A DNA stretch of 44,806 nucleotides, from positions 1-44,806 of IMG/VR virus record IMGVR_UViG_3300046336_000021; one strand, written 5' to 3'. This DNA comes from a virus (taxonomy: Duplodnaviria > Caudoviricetes). Below the pieces are notes generated by a model. The model was not told the origin of the DNA. It was given only the letters and a program-made list of their open reading frames with translations, and did no database searches. The translations under genes and the position numbers were made by a program. Each line of letters opens with the position of its first letter. The first letter of the stretch is position 1. Below are positions 27,268 to 35,570 of this stretch, one piece after another.

Positions 27268-28059
27268 ATGTCACTTATCGAAAATATTATCAGCAAACCC
27301 TTGTACGAATCGCAAGGCATTATCATGCGAGAATTGTCAAGCCGTGCGGCATTTCTGATTGCCGAAATGAAGAAAGATCAGGCCCTTGTCAAAGGTGTGC
27401 GATTGAATGAGATGCGTGATGCACCAGACCAACAGCAATTGCCAATGACCCGCAGAGATGTAGAACGAATGCTAGCAAGCTACGAGCGCCGAGAAGAAGC
27501 AAAGATTGGAAGCAACCCAGAAGCACGTAGCATATCTGGTGCAAAACGCGCCCGTTGGTATGCCCCAGAAGATCAAAGTAATTTTGCCGATGATGACCGC
27601 ACAGATGCGGTTGGGTTGCCACATGATTCTAACAAGCGCCCAGCAAAGCTGATGCCGTTTGATTATTACTTTGAAGTGAGTAAATCGGACACCGATGGTA
27701 AAGAATCCGATGATGACTGGAGTGGCGAATATAACACTATGTTCAAGGAATCGGAAGACGCTGCTGCTGGTAGTGTCATAGACCTTTTTCATGATGCATC
27801 CCAAAAATCTTACCCAGTAGAATTTCACCTAGATGATAATTCTATGGTGTCGGTTGACCCAGAACAAATCAAATCAATCATTGCTAGCGGCATTGCGCAT
27901 GAGGTCTTGAACTACATTGGTACTTCTGATTCTTTCCAAGAATTTTTAGACAAAGTTTTTGATGGGGAAGAACAAGAAGGCGAAGACGACAAAAAAGAAT
28001 CATCTGGAGACATTGGAGATTCTGTAGCAACCATTAAACCAAGTCCAGAACATGTCTGA
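27268..28059 (+). CDS. Acidic prohead-core-like protein (gp67 position)
   Basis: Acidic, several L/F-x-E motifs; first gene of the run leading to gp68-like and gp21; TAAATA 27239-27244. Confidence 0.4.
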   Translation: MSLIENIISKPLYESQGIIMRELSSRAAFLIAEMKKDQALVKGVRLNEMRDAPDQQQLPMTRRDVERMLASYERREEAKIGSNPEARSISGAKRARWYAPEDQSNFADDDRTDAVGLPHDSNKRPAKLMPFDYYFEVSKSDTDGKESDDDWSGEYNTMFKESEDAAAGSVIDLFHDASQKSYPVEFHLDDNSMVSVDPEQIKSIIASGIAHEVLNYIGTSDSFQEFLDKVFDGEEQEGEDDKKESSGDIGDSVATIKPSPEHV

Positions 28060-28330
28060 ACAAACCGACTTCAGTAAACATCGTACCAACATGGGTCGAG
28101 TAGCCATTGTAGACAGAGTTCACAATGGTGTAATCCAAATCCGCAAAATTATCAACGAAACCAAAGGCTTCAAGATTGTTGATGGTAAGTTGGTGAAGAT
28201 GACCCCGGAAGAAATCCGTGCACGTAAGCGTGGTGCAAAGGTTGCTGTTCGTAAACGTAAATCAGAAGCTGCTCAGATTAAACGTAATCTATTGACAAGC
28301 CTTCGCAAAAGAAAGGTACGGCTAGGATGA
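28052..28330 (+). CDS. Prohead core protein (gp68-like)
   Basis: Very basic; GFKIVDGKLVKMT.EE...RKR.A....RKRK; upstream of gp21. Confidence 0.6.
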   Translation: MSEQTDFSKHRTNMGRVAIVDRVHNGVIQIRKIINETKGFKIVDGKLVKMTPEEIRARKRGAKVAVRKRKSEAAQIKRNLLTSLRKRKVRLG

Positions 28331-28548
28331 AACCATTTGACCAATTCATTTACGAATCTAATAGTGAAGAAGACCGCGAAGATTCCGCAGAAAAAGAAAA
28401 GTTCGATGCTCCATCAAAACGAGCAACCCACAAAATCGTTTCGAGGTCATTTAGAAACGCTATGAAAGCCCTTCAAAACGGTGACATTCAGCGACACAGA
28501 TACTGGATGCAGAAAGCATACCACAAACTTACAGGGACTGGCGAATGA
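28327..28548 (+). CDS. Small putative internal head protein
   Basis: MKPFDQFIYES resembles the T4 capsid targeting sequence; sits between gp68-like and gp21, where T4 has ipIII. Confidence 0.55.
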   Translation: MKPFDQFIYESNSEEDREDSAEKEKFDAPSKRATHKIVSRSFRNAMKALQNGDIQRHRYWMQKAYHKLTGTGE

Positions 28549-29204
28549 GCAACCTAATCGAATCAATCTATGATGACGTGGAACTTGTAACGGAATCTAC
28601 GAATGGAGGAAAGAAATTCCACTACATTCATGGAATCTTTGCACAGGCCGATGTTGTAAATGGAAACAAGCGCATCTACCCAGAAAAGGTACTTGACGAG
28701 TCAATGAATGCCTATATTAAGGACTATGTAAGCAAGTCTCGTGCCGTAGGAGAATTAATTCATCCCGAGAAGAGTGCTATCGGCCTAGATCGTGTATCCC
28801 ATCTTATCACAGAAATGCGCAAAGATGGCAAGAATTACATTGGTAAAGCCCGTATCTTGAATACCCCTACCGGAAAGATTGCACAAGCTCTTTTAGAGGG
28901 CGGTGTGAAGCTAGGCGTATCTACCCGTGCCGATGGTAAAGTTGTACAAAATGCTCGCGGCCTGAATGAGGTTGCACCCGGCCTTGGTATGAAGGCAATT
29001 GATATCGTCTTTAACCCATCGGCACCAGATGCACTTGTAGATTCTATCATGGAATCTGTAGATACTGTAATGGATGCTTTGTCGGAAGATATGATGCTCG
29101 TAGAAAGCATTAGAAGTGACATTCGAGGCGCGAATTTGCATAGCCTACAGGAAGCCAAGCTAAAAGCATTTACGCAGATCATGCGCCATCTATCCATTAA
29201 ATAA
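28545..29204 (+). CDS. 21: Prohead protease (gp21)
   Basis: GIF.QA..N.N.RIYP, GEL.HP, VSH.I, GKA.IL.TP.G, GVSTR, DIV..PSAPDA. Confidence 0.95.
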   Translation: MSNLIESIYDDVELVTESTNGGKKFHYIHGIFAQADVVNGNKRIYPEKVLDESMNAYIKDYVSKSRAVGELIHPEKSAIGLDRVSHLITEMRKDGKNYIGKARILNTPTGKIAQALLEGGVKLGVSTRADGKVVQNARGLNEVAPGLGMKAIDIVFNPSAPDALVDSIMESVDTVMDALSEDMMLVESIRSDIRGANLHSLQEAKLKAFTQIMRHLSIK

Positions 29205-29231
29205 ATACTACAGACACATTAGGAGCATTCC

Positions 29232-30512
29232 ATGAACATTCGAGATTTTTTGATTACATTGCAAGAAGAACAACTGCCTAAGCAAGATGACTCTGCGCAA
29301 CCAGAACAAGCTGACCAAGAAGCCACAGAAGCCCCATCAGAAGGCTCTACACCAGCTTCAGAGACATTACACCCATCTGGTGCCCCAACTGATGATGGAC
29401 AGGCTCCTGCGGTTGACCAAGATGCTGTACAAGCTGACGCGACACCAGTTGCTCAAGAAGTTCCTGCTGATGGAGAACCACAACAAGCTGATACAGACAA
29501 TGATCAAGACGACACCAAGAAGCGTCCTTCCCAAGAAGAATATCATTCACAAACAGACTTGCCTGAAGAGTCCGTTAAAGAGTCTATGACACCCGAACAA
29601 AAAGCAAAGCGCGAAGAAATCGTGACAGCTATGAAGGCTAACAAGGAAGACTTTGAAAAGCGGTATGGCGACAAGGCTAAAGAAGTCATGTATGCAACCG
29701 CAACTAAGCAAGCCGTGAATGAAGAACTATCATTCACAGAAGCATTTGAGAAGGCTCTATCCGAAGGCACAGTTTTCGCAGCATCATTGGATGGTGTCCG
29801 TGGACTGATGGAGGCACAAGGCCTCGAAGAAGAATTTGCCGAGAAAGCTACCAAAGTTTTTGAAGAAGCCGTAAATGGTGTCATCAAAGAACATGTTGAA
29901 AAAGTTTCCAAGTATGCTGCGTATGTCATGGAATCCATGCTAGAAGAAAAACTTACCGAAATGGAAAGTGAACTCGATAGCCGATTAAACGAAGCAGTTG
30001 CTATCTGGCATGCTGATAACCAAATTGGCATCGAGCAAGGTGTCCGTGTACAAGTTGCCGAATCCATGATGGATAAACTTGCTGCTGTACTCAAAGAACA
30101 CTTTGTAGAAGTTCCTGATTACAAGAAAGACCTGTATGAAGAAAACTTGCAAGTCGTATCTGTGCAGGGTGTGCAGTTGAAGGAATCTAAAGAAGAATCA
30201 ATCCGCCTATCAGAAGAAGTTGCTACCCTAAAGAAGGAACTTTTCATCGAATCGAAATTGCAAGGTTTGACGATGTTGCAACGGGAGCGCCTTAAAGAAC
30301 TTTCAGAAGGTTTGCGCTACGAATCCGAGGAAGATTTTGCAAAGAAATTTGAAATCTTGCAGGAAAGCATTGTGGATAAAAAATCTGTAAAGGATTCCCA
30401 AGCCATCCTAGAAGATTCGGTAGTTATTGAGCAGGTTGAAGTGCAACCGGTGCGAGGTGACTCCTATATCAATAGCATCGCATCTACCATTGGTAAATAC
30501 ACAAAACATTAA
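29232..30512 (+). CDS. 22: Prohead scaffold protein (gp22) with N-terminal extension
   Basis: Very acidic coiled coil with F.EKA..VFE.AV and V..W...N motifs, between gp21 and gp23. Confidence 0.85.
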   Translation: MNIRDFLITLQEEQLPKQDDSAQPEQADQEATEAPSEGSTPASETLHPSGAPTDDGQAPAVDQDAVQADATPVAQEVPADGEPQQADTDNDQDDTKKRPSQEEYHSQTDLPEESVKESMTPEQKAKREEIVTAMKANKEDFEKRYGDKAKEVMYATATKQAVNEELSFTEAFEKALSEGTVFAASLDGVRGLMEAQGLEEEFAEKATKVFEEAVNGVIKEHVEKVSKYAAYVMESMLEEKLTEMESELDSRLNEAVAIWHADNQIGIEQGVRVQVAESMMDKLAAVLKEHFVEVPDYKKDLYEENLQVVSVQGVQLKESKEESIRLSEEVATLKKELFIESKLQGLTMLQRERLKELSEGLRYESEEDFAKKFEILQESIVDKKSVKDSQAILEDSVVIEQVEVQPVRGDSYINSIASTIGKYTKH

Positions 30513-30608
30513 GTTTTAGCGGGTTTGATAGAGTAGTTTCCTGCAACAAAAAACTACTCGAAATTGCAATTATGTAAATACATCACTATCTTTTTAAGGA
30601 GAACAAAA

Positions 30609-31889
30609 GTGAGCAAAGCAGAAAGTCAAGCCCTAGTCGATAAGTGGAAACCAATCCTTGAGCATGCTGACATGCCAGAGATTAAAGACCCACACCGCCG
30701 CGCCGTTGTAGCACGTCTTTTGGAAAACCAAAAACTGGACATGTCTCGTGGTAGCGAAATTCTTACTGAAGATGCAGCACCTTCAAACGTGACTGGCAAC
30801 GTAGGTAAGTATGACCCCGTACTAATTTCTTTGGTGCGTCGTTCTATGCCTAACCTAATCGCCTATGATGTATGCGGTGTGCAGCCTATGACTGGCCCTA
30901 CTGGTCTAGTATTCGCAATGCGTCCTAAGTACATCTCTGGTGGTTCATTGGGTGCAGAAGCATTCTACAACGAAGCCGATAGCGATTTCTCTGGTGCTGG
31001 TACACAAACCGGTACTAACCCATCCGTGTTGAATGATGCCGTTCCCGGCGCATACACCAAAGGTAATGGTATGGCTACAGCCGCTGCCGAAGCCTTGGGC
31101 GTGCCCGGTGGTACTGCTTGGGCCGAAATGGGCTTCGAGATTGAGAAGTATGCTGTGGAAGCCACTAGCCGTAAGTTGAAAGCAACCTACTCTCTAGAAC
31201 TTGCACAAGACTTGAAAGCCATCCACGGCCTTGATGCAGAATCCGAATTGACAAACATCTTGTCTAGCGAAATTCTTGCCGAAATCAACCGCGAAGTTAT
31301 CCGTTCAATCTACATCACAGCAAAGCCCGGTGCGCAATCTGGCACTACAACTGCTGGTACATTTGACTTGAACACTGATAGCGATGGTCGTTGGTCTGCC
31401 GAGAAGTTTAAAGGCTTGTTCCATCGTCTTGACAAAGAAGCTAACCAAATTGCCAAAGAGACTCGTCGCGGCAAAGGTAACTTCATCATCTGTTCTAGCG
31501 ACGTGGCATCTGCTTTCGCTATTGCTGGTATGTTGGACTATGCACCTGCTTTGGCAACCGACTTGCAAATTGATGATACCGGCAATACCTTTGCTGGCGT
31601 TTTGAACGGCAAGTATCGCGTGTTTATCGACCCATATGCAACTGGCGACTTCTTCGTTGTCGGCTACAAGGGAGCATCTGCACTAGACGCTGGCGTATTC
31701 TACAGCCCATATGTGCCTTTGCAATTGTACAAGGCAACCTCTGATGACAGCTTCACTCCAAAGCTCGGCTTCTCCAGCCGCTACGCGTTGTCTGCCAATC
31801 CTTTTGCCCAAGGTTTGACCAAAGGTGGCGGTGTTTTGAATGCAAACACCAACGTGTACTACCGTCGCACGAAGGTTGTCGGTATCTAA
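30609..31889 (+). CDS. 23: Major capsid protein (gp23)
   Basis: KW.PIL, LLENQ, DPVLISLVRR.MPNLIA.D.CGVQPMTGPTG, ELAQDLKAIHGLDAE; GTG 30609 follows AAGGAG; TAAATA 30575-30580. Confidence 0.98.
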   Translation: MSKAESQALVDKWKPILEHADMPEIKDPHRRAVVARLLENQKLDMSRGSEILTEDAAPSNVTGNVGKYDPVLISLVRRSMPNLIAYDVCGVQPMTGPTGLVFAMRPKYISGGSLGAEAFYNEADSDFSGAGTQTGTNPSVLNDAVPGAYTKGNGMATAAAEALGVPGGTAWAEMGFEIEKYAVEATSRKLKATYSLELAQDLKAIHGLDAESELTNILSSEILAEINREVIRSIYITAKPGAQSGTTTAGTFDLNTDSDGRWSAEKFKGLFHRLDKEANQIAKETRRGKGNFIICSSDVASAFAIAGMLDYAPALATDLQIDDTGNTFAGVLNGKYRVFIDPYATGDFFVVGYKGASALDAGVFYSPYVPLQLYKATSDDSFTPKLGFSSRYALSANPFAQGLTKGGGVLNANTNVYYRRTKVVGI

Positions 31890-31907
31890 TCAATACCAAC
31901 CAAATAC

Positions 31908-31931
31908 AAGGGGGCTTTGGCCCCCTTTTTC
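31908..31931 (+). terminator. Intrinsic terminator after gp23
   Basis: AAGGGGGC-TTTG-GCCCCCTTTTTT. Confidence 0.85.
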
Positions 31932-33468
31932 ATTGCTTCAAGACATATAAAATTTTTCCAGAGTCATAGCACCTGTCTATATTTGCTTCTTTGGCAAGTT
32001 GAGATTCGGTTTTACCTTCTATATCAAATCCCATTTTCTTAAAATTGGCTTTTCTAAACCCAAACTTATGTTTTCTGACCTTCGTTCTGGATGAATGATA
32101 GTATTTGTAATCTGGTGCAAGTACCTTCACTTCCTCGAACCCATTCTTCAGATATATGTTGTTTGTTCTATCTACAATCTGTAGGTCTGCAAAAGAATAT
32201 ATGTCAGTATTGTAATGTGCCTTGAATTTTGCCAATAGTTTTCCAAATGCGCCCGTAACATTTGTATTTGCAAATCTATCCAACATGTAACCTACACCTT
32301 CGGTATTGCTTGGTCGCTTAGAAAATCCCATTACGGCTAGAATCATATTTCCCCGAACCAATCCGTATCGAATCTTTGACGTTGCCTTTCCTTGCATATG
32401 GTTAGCATCTAAAAACTTGCTATATTCGGATTGGGTTAGTTCTACGACTTTTGTGCTTCTTGCTCCGATTCTCTTTTCAGAAACTCCTAGAAGATTTTTG
32501 ATAAATTGCTGCACGACACCACAATTGAATTTCCATTCATCTTCCCAAATTTGCACATATCGAACTCCGGCGGCAACAAATTCATTCAGCTTGTCCCGGT
32601 GATATAGGTTCGGTTTCCCAAACTTATCAGAGTGCATTGTGCATCCGTGGAAATCAATCCCGATGTTTAATTCTTTTACATAAATGTCAACCTCTTTAGA
32701 CTGATACCCATTCAGCCTATAACCAGATATAGCATCGGGGAACATAGTCCTAACGAACTCTAGCATATCTAATTCAGACTTTGATTTGTGGATGTGGTAT
32801 GAACGCTCTTCTAGGTGTAGCCCTATAGACTTTGCAGCAGTTTCAACAGTACCTGCTGCTACGTTTAATTCTTTAGCAATAGCTGCGATAGACATTCCTT
32901 TGTCATAGTACATCACCTTAATCGCATCCGTATTGTATAGCTTATCGTAAGCCTCCGAGTCTATTGAATTTTTTGTAATGTTACTCGCTCGTTGCTTCTT
33001 CTGTTCCGGTGTTGCCGATTGGTGCCAAACGTACTTCTCCATAGGTATGCCAAGTTTTGCACAATTTTCTTTGATGCATGGCGCAGAAACCCCAAGTAGT
33101 TCCGCAATGGTATCCCATGAAAGCCTCTCGGTGATTCGCTTCTGGTACATCCACTCGTAGCTTTTTAGTTCAGGAAATTTCTTGGACTTTCTATTATTCT
33201 TAGAACAATTGTCACTACAATATTGGCGAAATCCAAGCTGATAATCTTGCTTATAAACTCCACACAGATTTCCACAAGTACATTTAGGGACTTCTGTTAT
33301 CCCATTGCGAACGATGTACATTCTGGTTGCTACAAGGTATTCTTCGGGACACCAACTTGTCGCCGCTATAATTTCATTGCGGAGTTCTACAAAGTGTCCT
33401 GATTTTGCCATTGATATACTAATGGCGGATACGCCTTCTAGTCTAGTTTTGAGGGTTTGATTTTCCAT
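31930..33468 (-). CDS. Hef-like homing endonuclease with Zn-finger and HTH segments
   Basis: C.CG...YCS..C, two HTH-like repeats, S..E..VDIY..IGIDFHG..H..IWEDEW nuclease core, AR...F...NH.QG..RF C-terminal domain. Confidence 0.7.
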   Translation of the reverse strand: MENQTLKTRLEGVSAISISMAKSGHFVELRNEIIAATSWCPEEYLVATRMYIVRNGITEVPKCTCGNLCGVYKQDYQLGFRQYCSDNCSKNNRKSKKFPELKSYEWMYQKRITERLSWDTIAELLGVSAPCIKENCAKLGIPMEKYVWHQSATPEQKKQRASNITKNSIDSEAYDKLYNTDAIKVMYYDKGMSIAAIAKELNVAAGTVETAAKSIGLHLEERSYHIHKSKSELDMLEFVRTMFPDAISGYRLNGYQSKEVDIYVKELNIGIDFHGCTMHSDKFGKPNLYHRDKLNEFVAAGVRYVQIWEDEWKFNCGVVQQFIKNLLGVSEKRIGARSTKVVELTQSEYSKFLDANHMQGKATSKIRYGLVRGNMILAVMGFSKRPSNTEGVGYMLDRFANTNVTGAFGKLLAKFKAHYNTDIYSFADLQIVDRTNNIYLKNGFEEVKVLAPDYKYYHSSRTKVRKHKFGFRKANFKKMGFDIEGKTESQLAKEANIDRCYDSGKILYVLKQ

Positions 33469-33521
33469 ATGCGTGGATTATATCATAAATACTTCAGCAA
33501 ACAACTTTCTAAAGGACTTCT

Positions 33522-33935
33522 ATGAAATACCCACTCACATTCTATGTCAAATCATTAGCACCAAACGTAGGCGGCGAGGCCAGAGGCCCAGTCATCCGAA
33601 TTCTCGAAGAGTATCGTAATGACGAAGGTCTATACCAACATGAATTACTACACGTCAAGCAATGGGCCACATTTGCGTGGCTATCAATTCCACTTGCTTA
33701 TGCTTTGTATCACTTTGGGTATATGGACTTTATCGGCATGGCAGTCCTACCGATAGTATTTCATTCTATCTTGTATAGGTTTATCCCAAGATATCGTCTG
33801 TGGGCTGAAGCCTCGGCGTATAAAGTACAAGCAAATCACTATAGCGACGATAGAAGGCCTTATTTTGCATCTTACATTGCGACATACTACAACTTGAATA
33901 TTACGCAGGAAGATGCCTTAAAAGGCCTACAATAG
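33522..33935 (+). CDS. Hypothetical HExxH protein with hydrophobic segment
   Basis: HELLHVKQW...EASAY; AAGGA SD; TAAATA 33486-33491. Confidence 0.6.
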   Translation: MKYPLTFYVKSLAPNVGGEARGPVIRILEEYRNDEGLYQHELLHVKQWATFAWLSIPLAYALYHFGYMDFIGMAVLPIVFHSILYRFIPRYRLWAEASAYKVQANHYSDDRRPYFASYIATYYNLNITQEDALKGLQ

Positions 33936-33936
33936 C

Positions 33937-34239
33937 CTATACAGATTCTTCTAGGACTGGTTCTACAACACCAGTCTCACCAAACCAGATTTTATCAAGC
34001 CAATTTCGGACTGGGTAGTTTTCCGAAGTTGGCATTTTCACATCTGCGCGACCATATCCGAAGATTGGGATGTATGTATCGCGGGTTTTGTTCAAATCCC
34101 AATCAATGATTTTGATAGTACCGTTTTTGTGCAGACCTTGTATCGTTTCTTGTGCAAAGTTGTATGGTACATTAAATTCTTCTGCCACTTCTGTGAATGT
34201 GGTGCCTTCTGCCAAAAGTTCTTCTAGGGTCATAGTCAT
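33937..34239 (-). CDS. Hypothetical HTH-like protein
   Basis: TFTEVAEEFNV.....Q..I..L...G.I pattern; AAGGAA SD; sigma70 promoter. Confidence 0.55.
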   Translation of the reverse strand: MTMTLEELLAEGTTFTEVAEEFNVPYNFAQETIQGLHKNGTIKIIDWDLNKTRDTYIPIFGYGRADVKMPTSENYPVRNWLDKIWFGETGVVEPVLEESV

Positions 34240-34269
34240 TTTCCTTTTAAGGTTGTTACGGTAAGTTGA

Positions 34270-34298
34270 ATTATATACAGAATTGTGACAAAAATCAA
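34270..34298 (-). promoter_or_regulatory. sigma70 (early-type) promoter
   Basis: TTGATT-N17-TATAAT followed by TCAAC. Confidence 0.7.
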
Positions 34299-34333
34299 GC
34301 CAATATCAATGTAGTCCATAAATTTCCTTAAAG

Positions 34334-34837
34334 TTATCCGCAAAAATTCTTTAGGATTTGTACTTGCTTGTCTTTCATAGCATCATAAACAGCAGCAGCA
34401 TCATAAGCAGCATCATAAGCATCATAAGCAGCATCATAAGCAGCAGCAGCAGCAGTATAAGCAGCAGTATAAGCAGCATCACGAGCAGCATTGGCAGCAG
34501 CATCACGAGCAGCATTACAAGCAGCAGTCAATTCTTCTGTAGTAGCCTCACCATGAGCAAACCTTTCGGCTACATCAAGTGCAGCAATGCTCCTAGGGTC
34601 TCTCATCAAATGCTGTACTTCCCGAGCAAAAGCAACCGCCATCAACCGCTTCTCTTTATCAAACCCATCTACGGCACGTAGGCACCACAAAGCATCATCA
34701 AGACCATTGCTTTCCAAAATGGTCAGTAAAGGTACTTCTACATCATCAGCACAAGTTTTGCCCAAGTGCTTCAATAACTTAACCCAACCATCTTTACAAG
34801 GTTCTTGTTCACGGATTTTGTTCAAAGTAGTTTTCAT
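34334..34837 (-). CDS. Hypothetical protein with Ala-rich tetrapeptide repeats
   Basis: TTLNKIR...PC.DGW.KLL...NGLDDALW.L N-terminus; ARDA/AYTA/AYDA repeats; GAGG SD. Confidence 0.75.
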   Translation of the reverse strand: MKTTLNKIREQEPCKDGWVKLLKHLGKTCADDVEVPLLTILESNGLDDALWCLRAVDGFDKEKRLMAVAFAREVQHLMRDPRSIAALDVAERFAHGEATTEELTAACNAARDAAANAARDAAYTAAYTAAAAAYDAAYDAYDAAYDAAAVYDAMKDKQVQILKNFCG

Positions 34838-34869
34838 AAAGGCCTCTTAAATAATTTGCGATGGGTTGA

Positions 34870-34898
34870 ATTGTACACCAAGATTTTTATACATACAA
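34870..34898 (-). promoter_or_regulatory. sigma70 (early-type) promoter
   Basis: TTGTAT-N17-TACAAT followed by TCAAC. Confidence 0.65.
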
Positions 34899-34940
34899 CC
34901 TATTAAATAATAGCCGTAAACTTTACTATGGTATTCCAAC

Positions 34941-35540
34941 ATGATTACAAAAGAACTTATTGATACAGCCTTTCGCATCAATTCTACCCCAGAACTTGCA
35001 GAACACCTACAAGCAACTTGCGATGCGTATGGTATCACATCTAAAGAAGAAATTTGCGCATTCCTTGCACAAACGGCACACGAATCTGGTGGATACAACT
35101 TTGTGTCAGAAAACTTGAACTATTCCGCAGATGGTCTTCTAAAGACCTTTCCAAAATACTTCTCTAGAGAAAGTGCAAAACTATATGCCCGTAAACCTGC
35201 TGATATTGCAAATCGTGTTTATGCGAATCGCATGGGAAACGGTGCTGAATCCTCTGGTGATGGTTCTGCCTACCGTGGTGCCGGATTCATGCAGCTTACA
35301 GGAAAATCTACCATAGAGCAGTACGCCTCAGATAAGCAAATGTCCGTAGAAGATGCCGCCGAGTATGCAAGAACTTTAGAAGGCGCATGTGACAGTGCTG
35401 GGTGGTATTGGTGGAAGCATAGCCTAAACCAGTACGCAGACGACTTTGAATTGCTTTCAAGGAAAATCAATGGTGGAACGAATGGCCTTGACGACCGACT
35501 GGACAAATTTCACAGCATCCTGTCTGTATTCCCTGATTAA
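34941..35540 (+). CDS. Glycoside hydrolase family 19 endolysin
   Basis: FLAQTAHESGG, ENLNYS, YANRMGN, YRG.G.MQLTGK, INGG.NGL.DR. Confidence 0.92.
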   Translation: MITKELIDTAFRINSTPELAEHLQATCDAYGITSKEEICAFLAQTAHESGGYNFVSENLNYSADGLLKTFPKYFSRESAKLYARKPADIANRVYANRMGNGAESSGDGSAYRGAGFMQLTGKSTIEQYASDKQMSVEDAAEYARTLEGACDSAGWYWWKHSLNQYADDFELLSRKINGGTNGLDDRLDKFHSILSVFPD

Positions 35541-35570
35541 ATAGTTGGCAAAACAACAAAGGATTTCTAA

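Noticed and set aside
30530-30559. Hairpin GAGTAGTTT...AAACTACTC between gp22 and gp23 as a terminator
   Set aside because: No U-tract and an AT-rich stem; may be a processing or regulatory structure but support is too weak to call
30564-30608. Longer gp23 start at TTG 30564
   Set aside because: It would begin upstream of the TAAATA promoter; GTG 30609 has an AAGGAG SD
34358-34681. Ser/Ile-rich plus-strand ORF, or a DGR-like variable repeat
   Set aside because: Antisense shadow of the Ala repeat; no reverse transcriptase or template/variable repeat pair in the window
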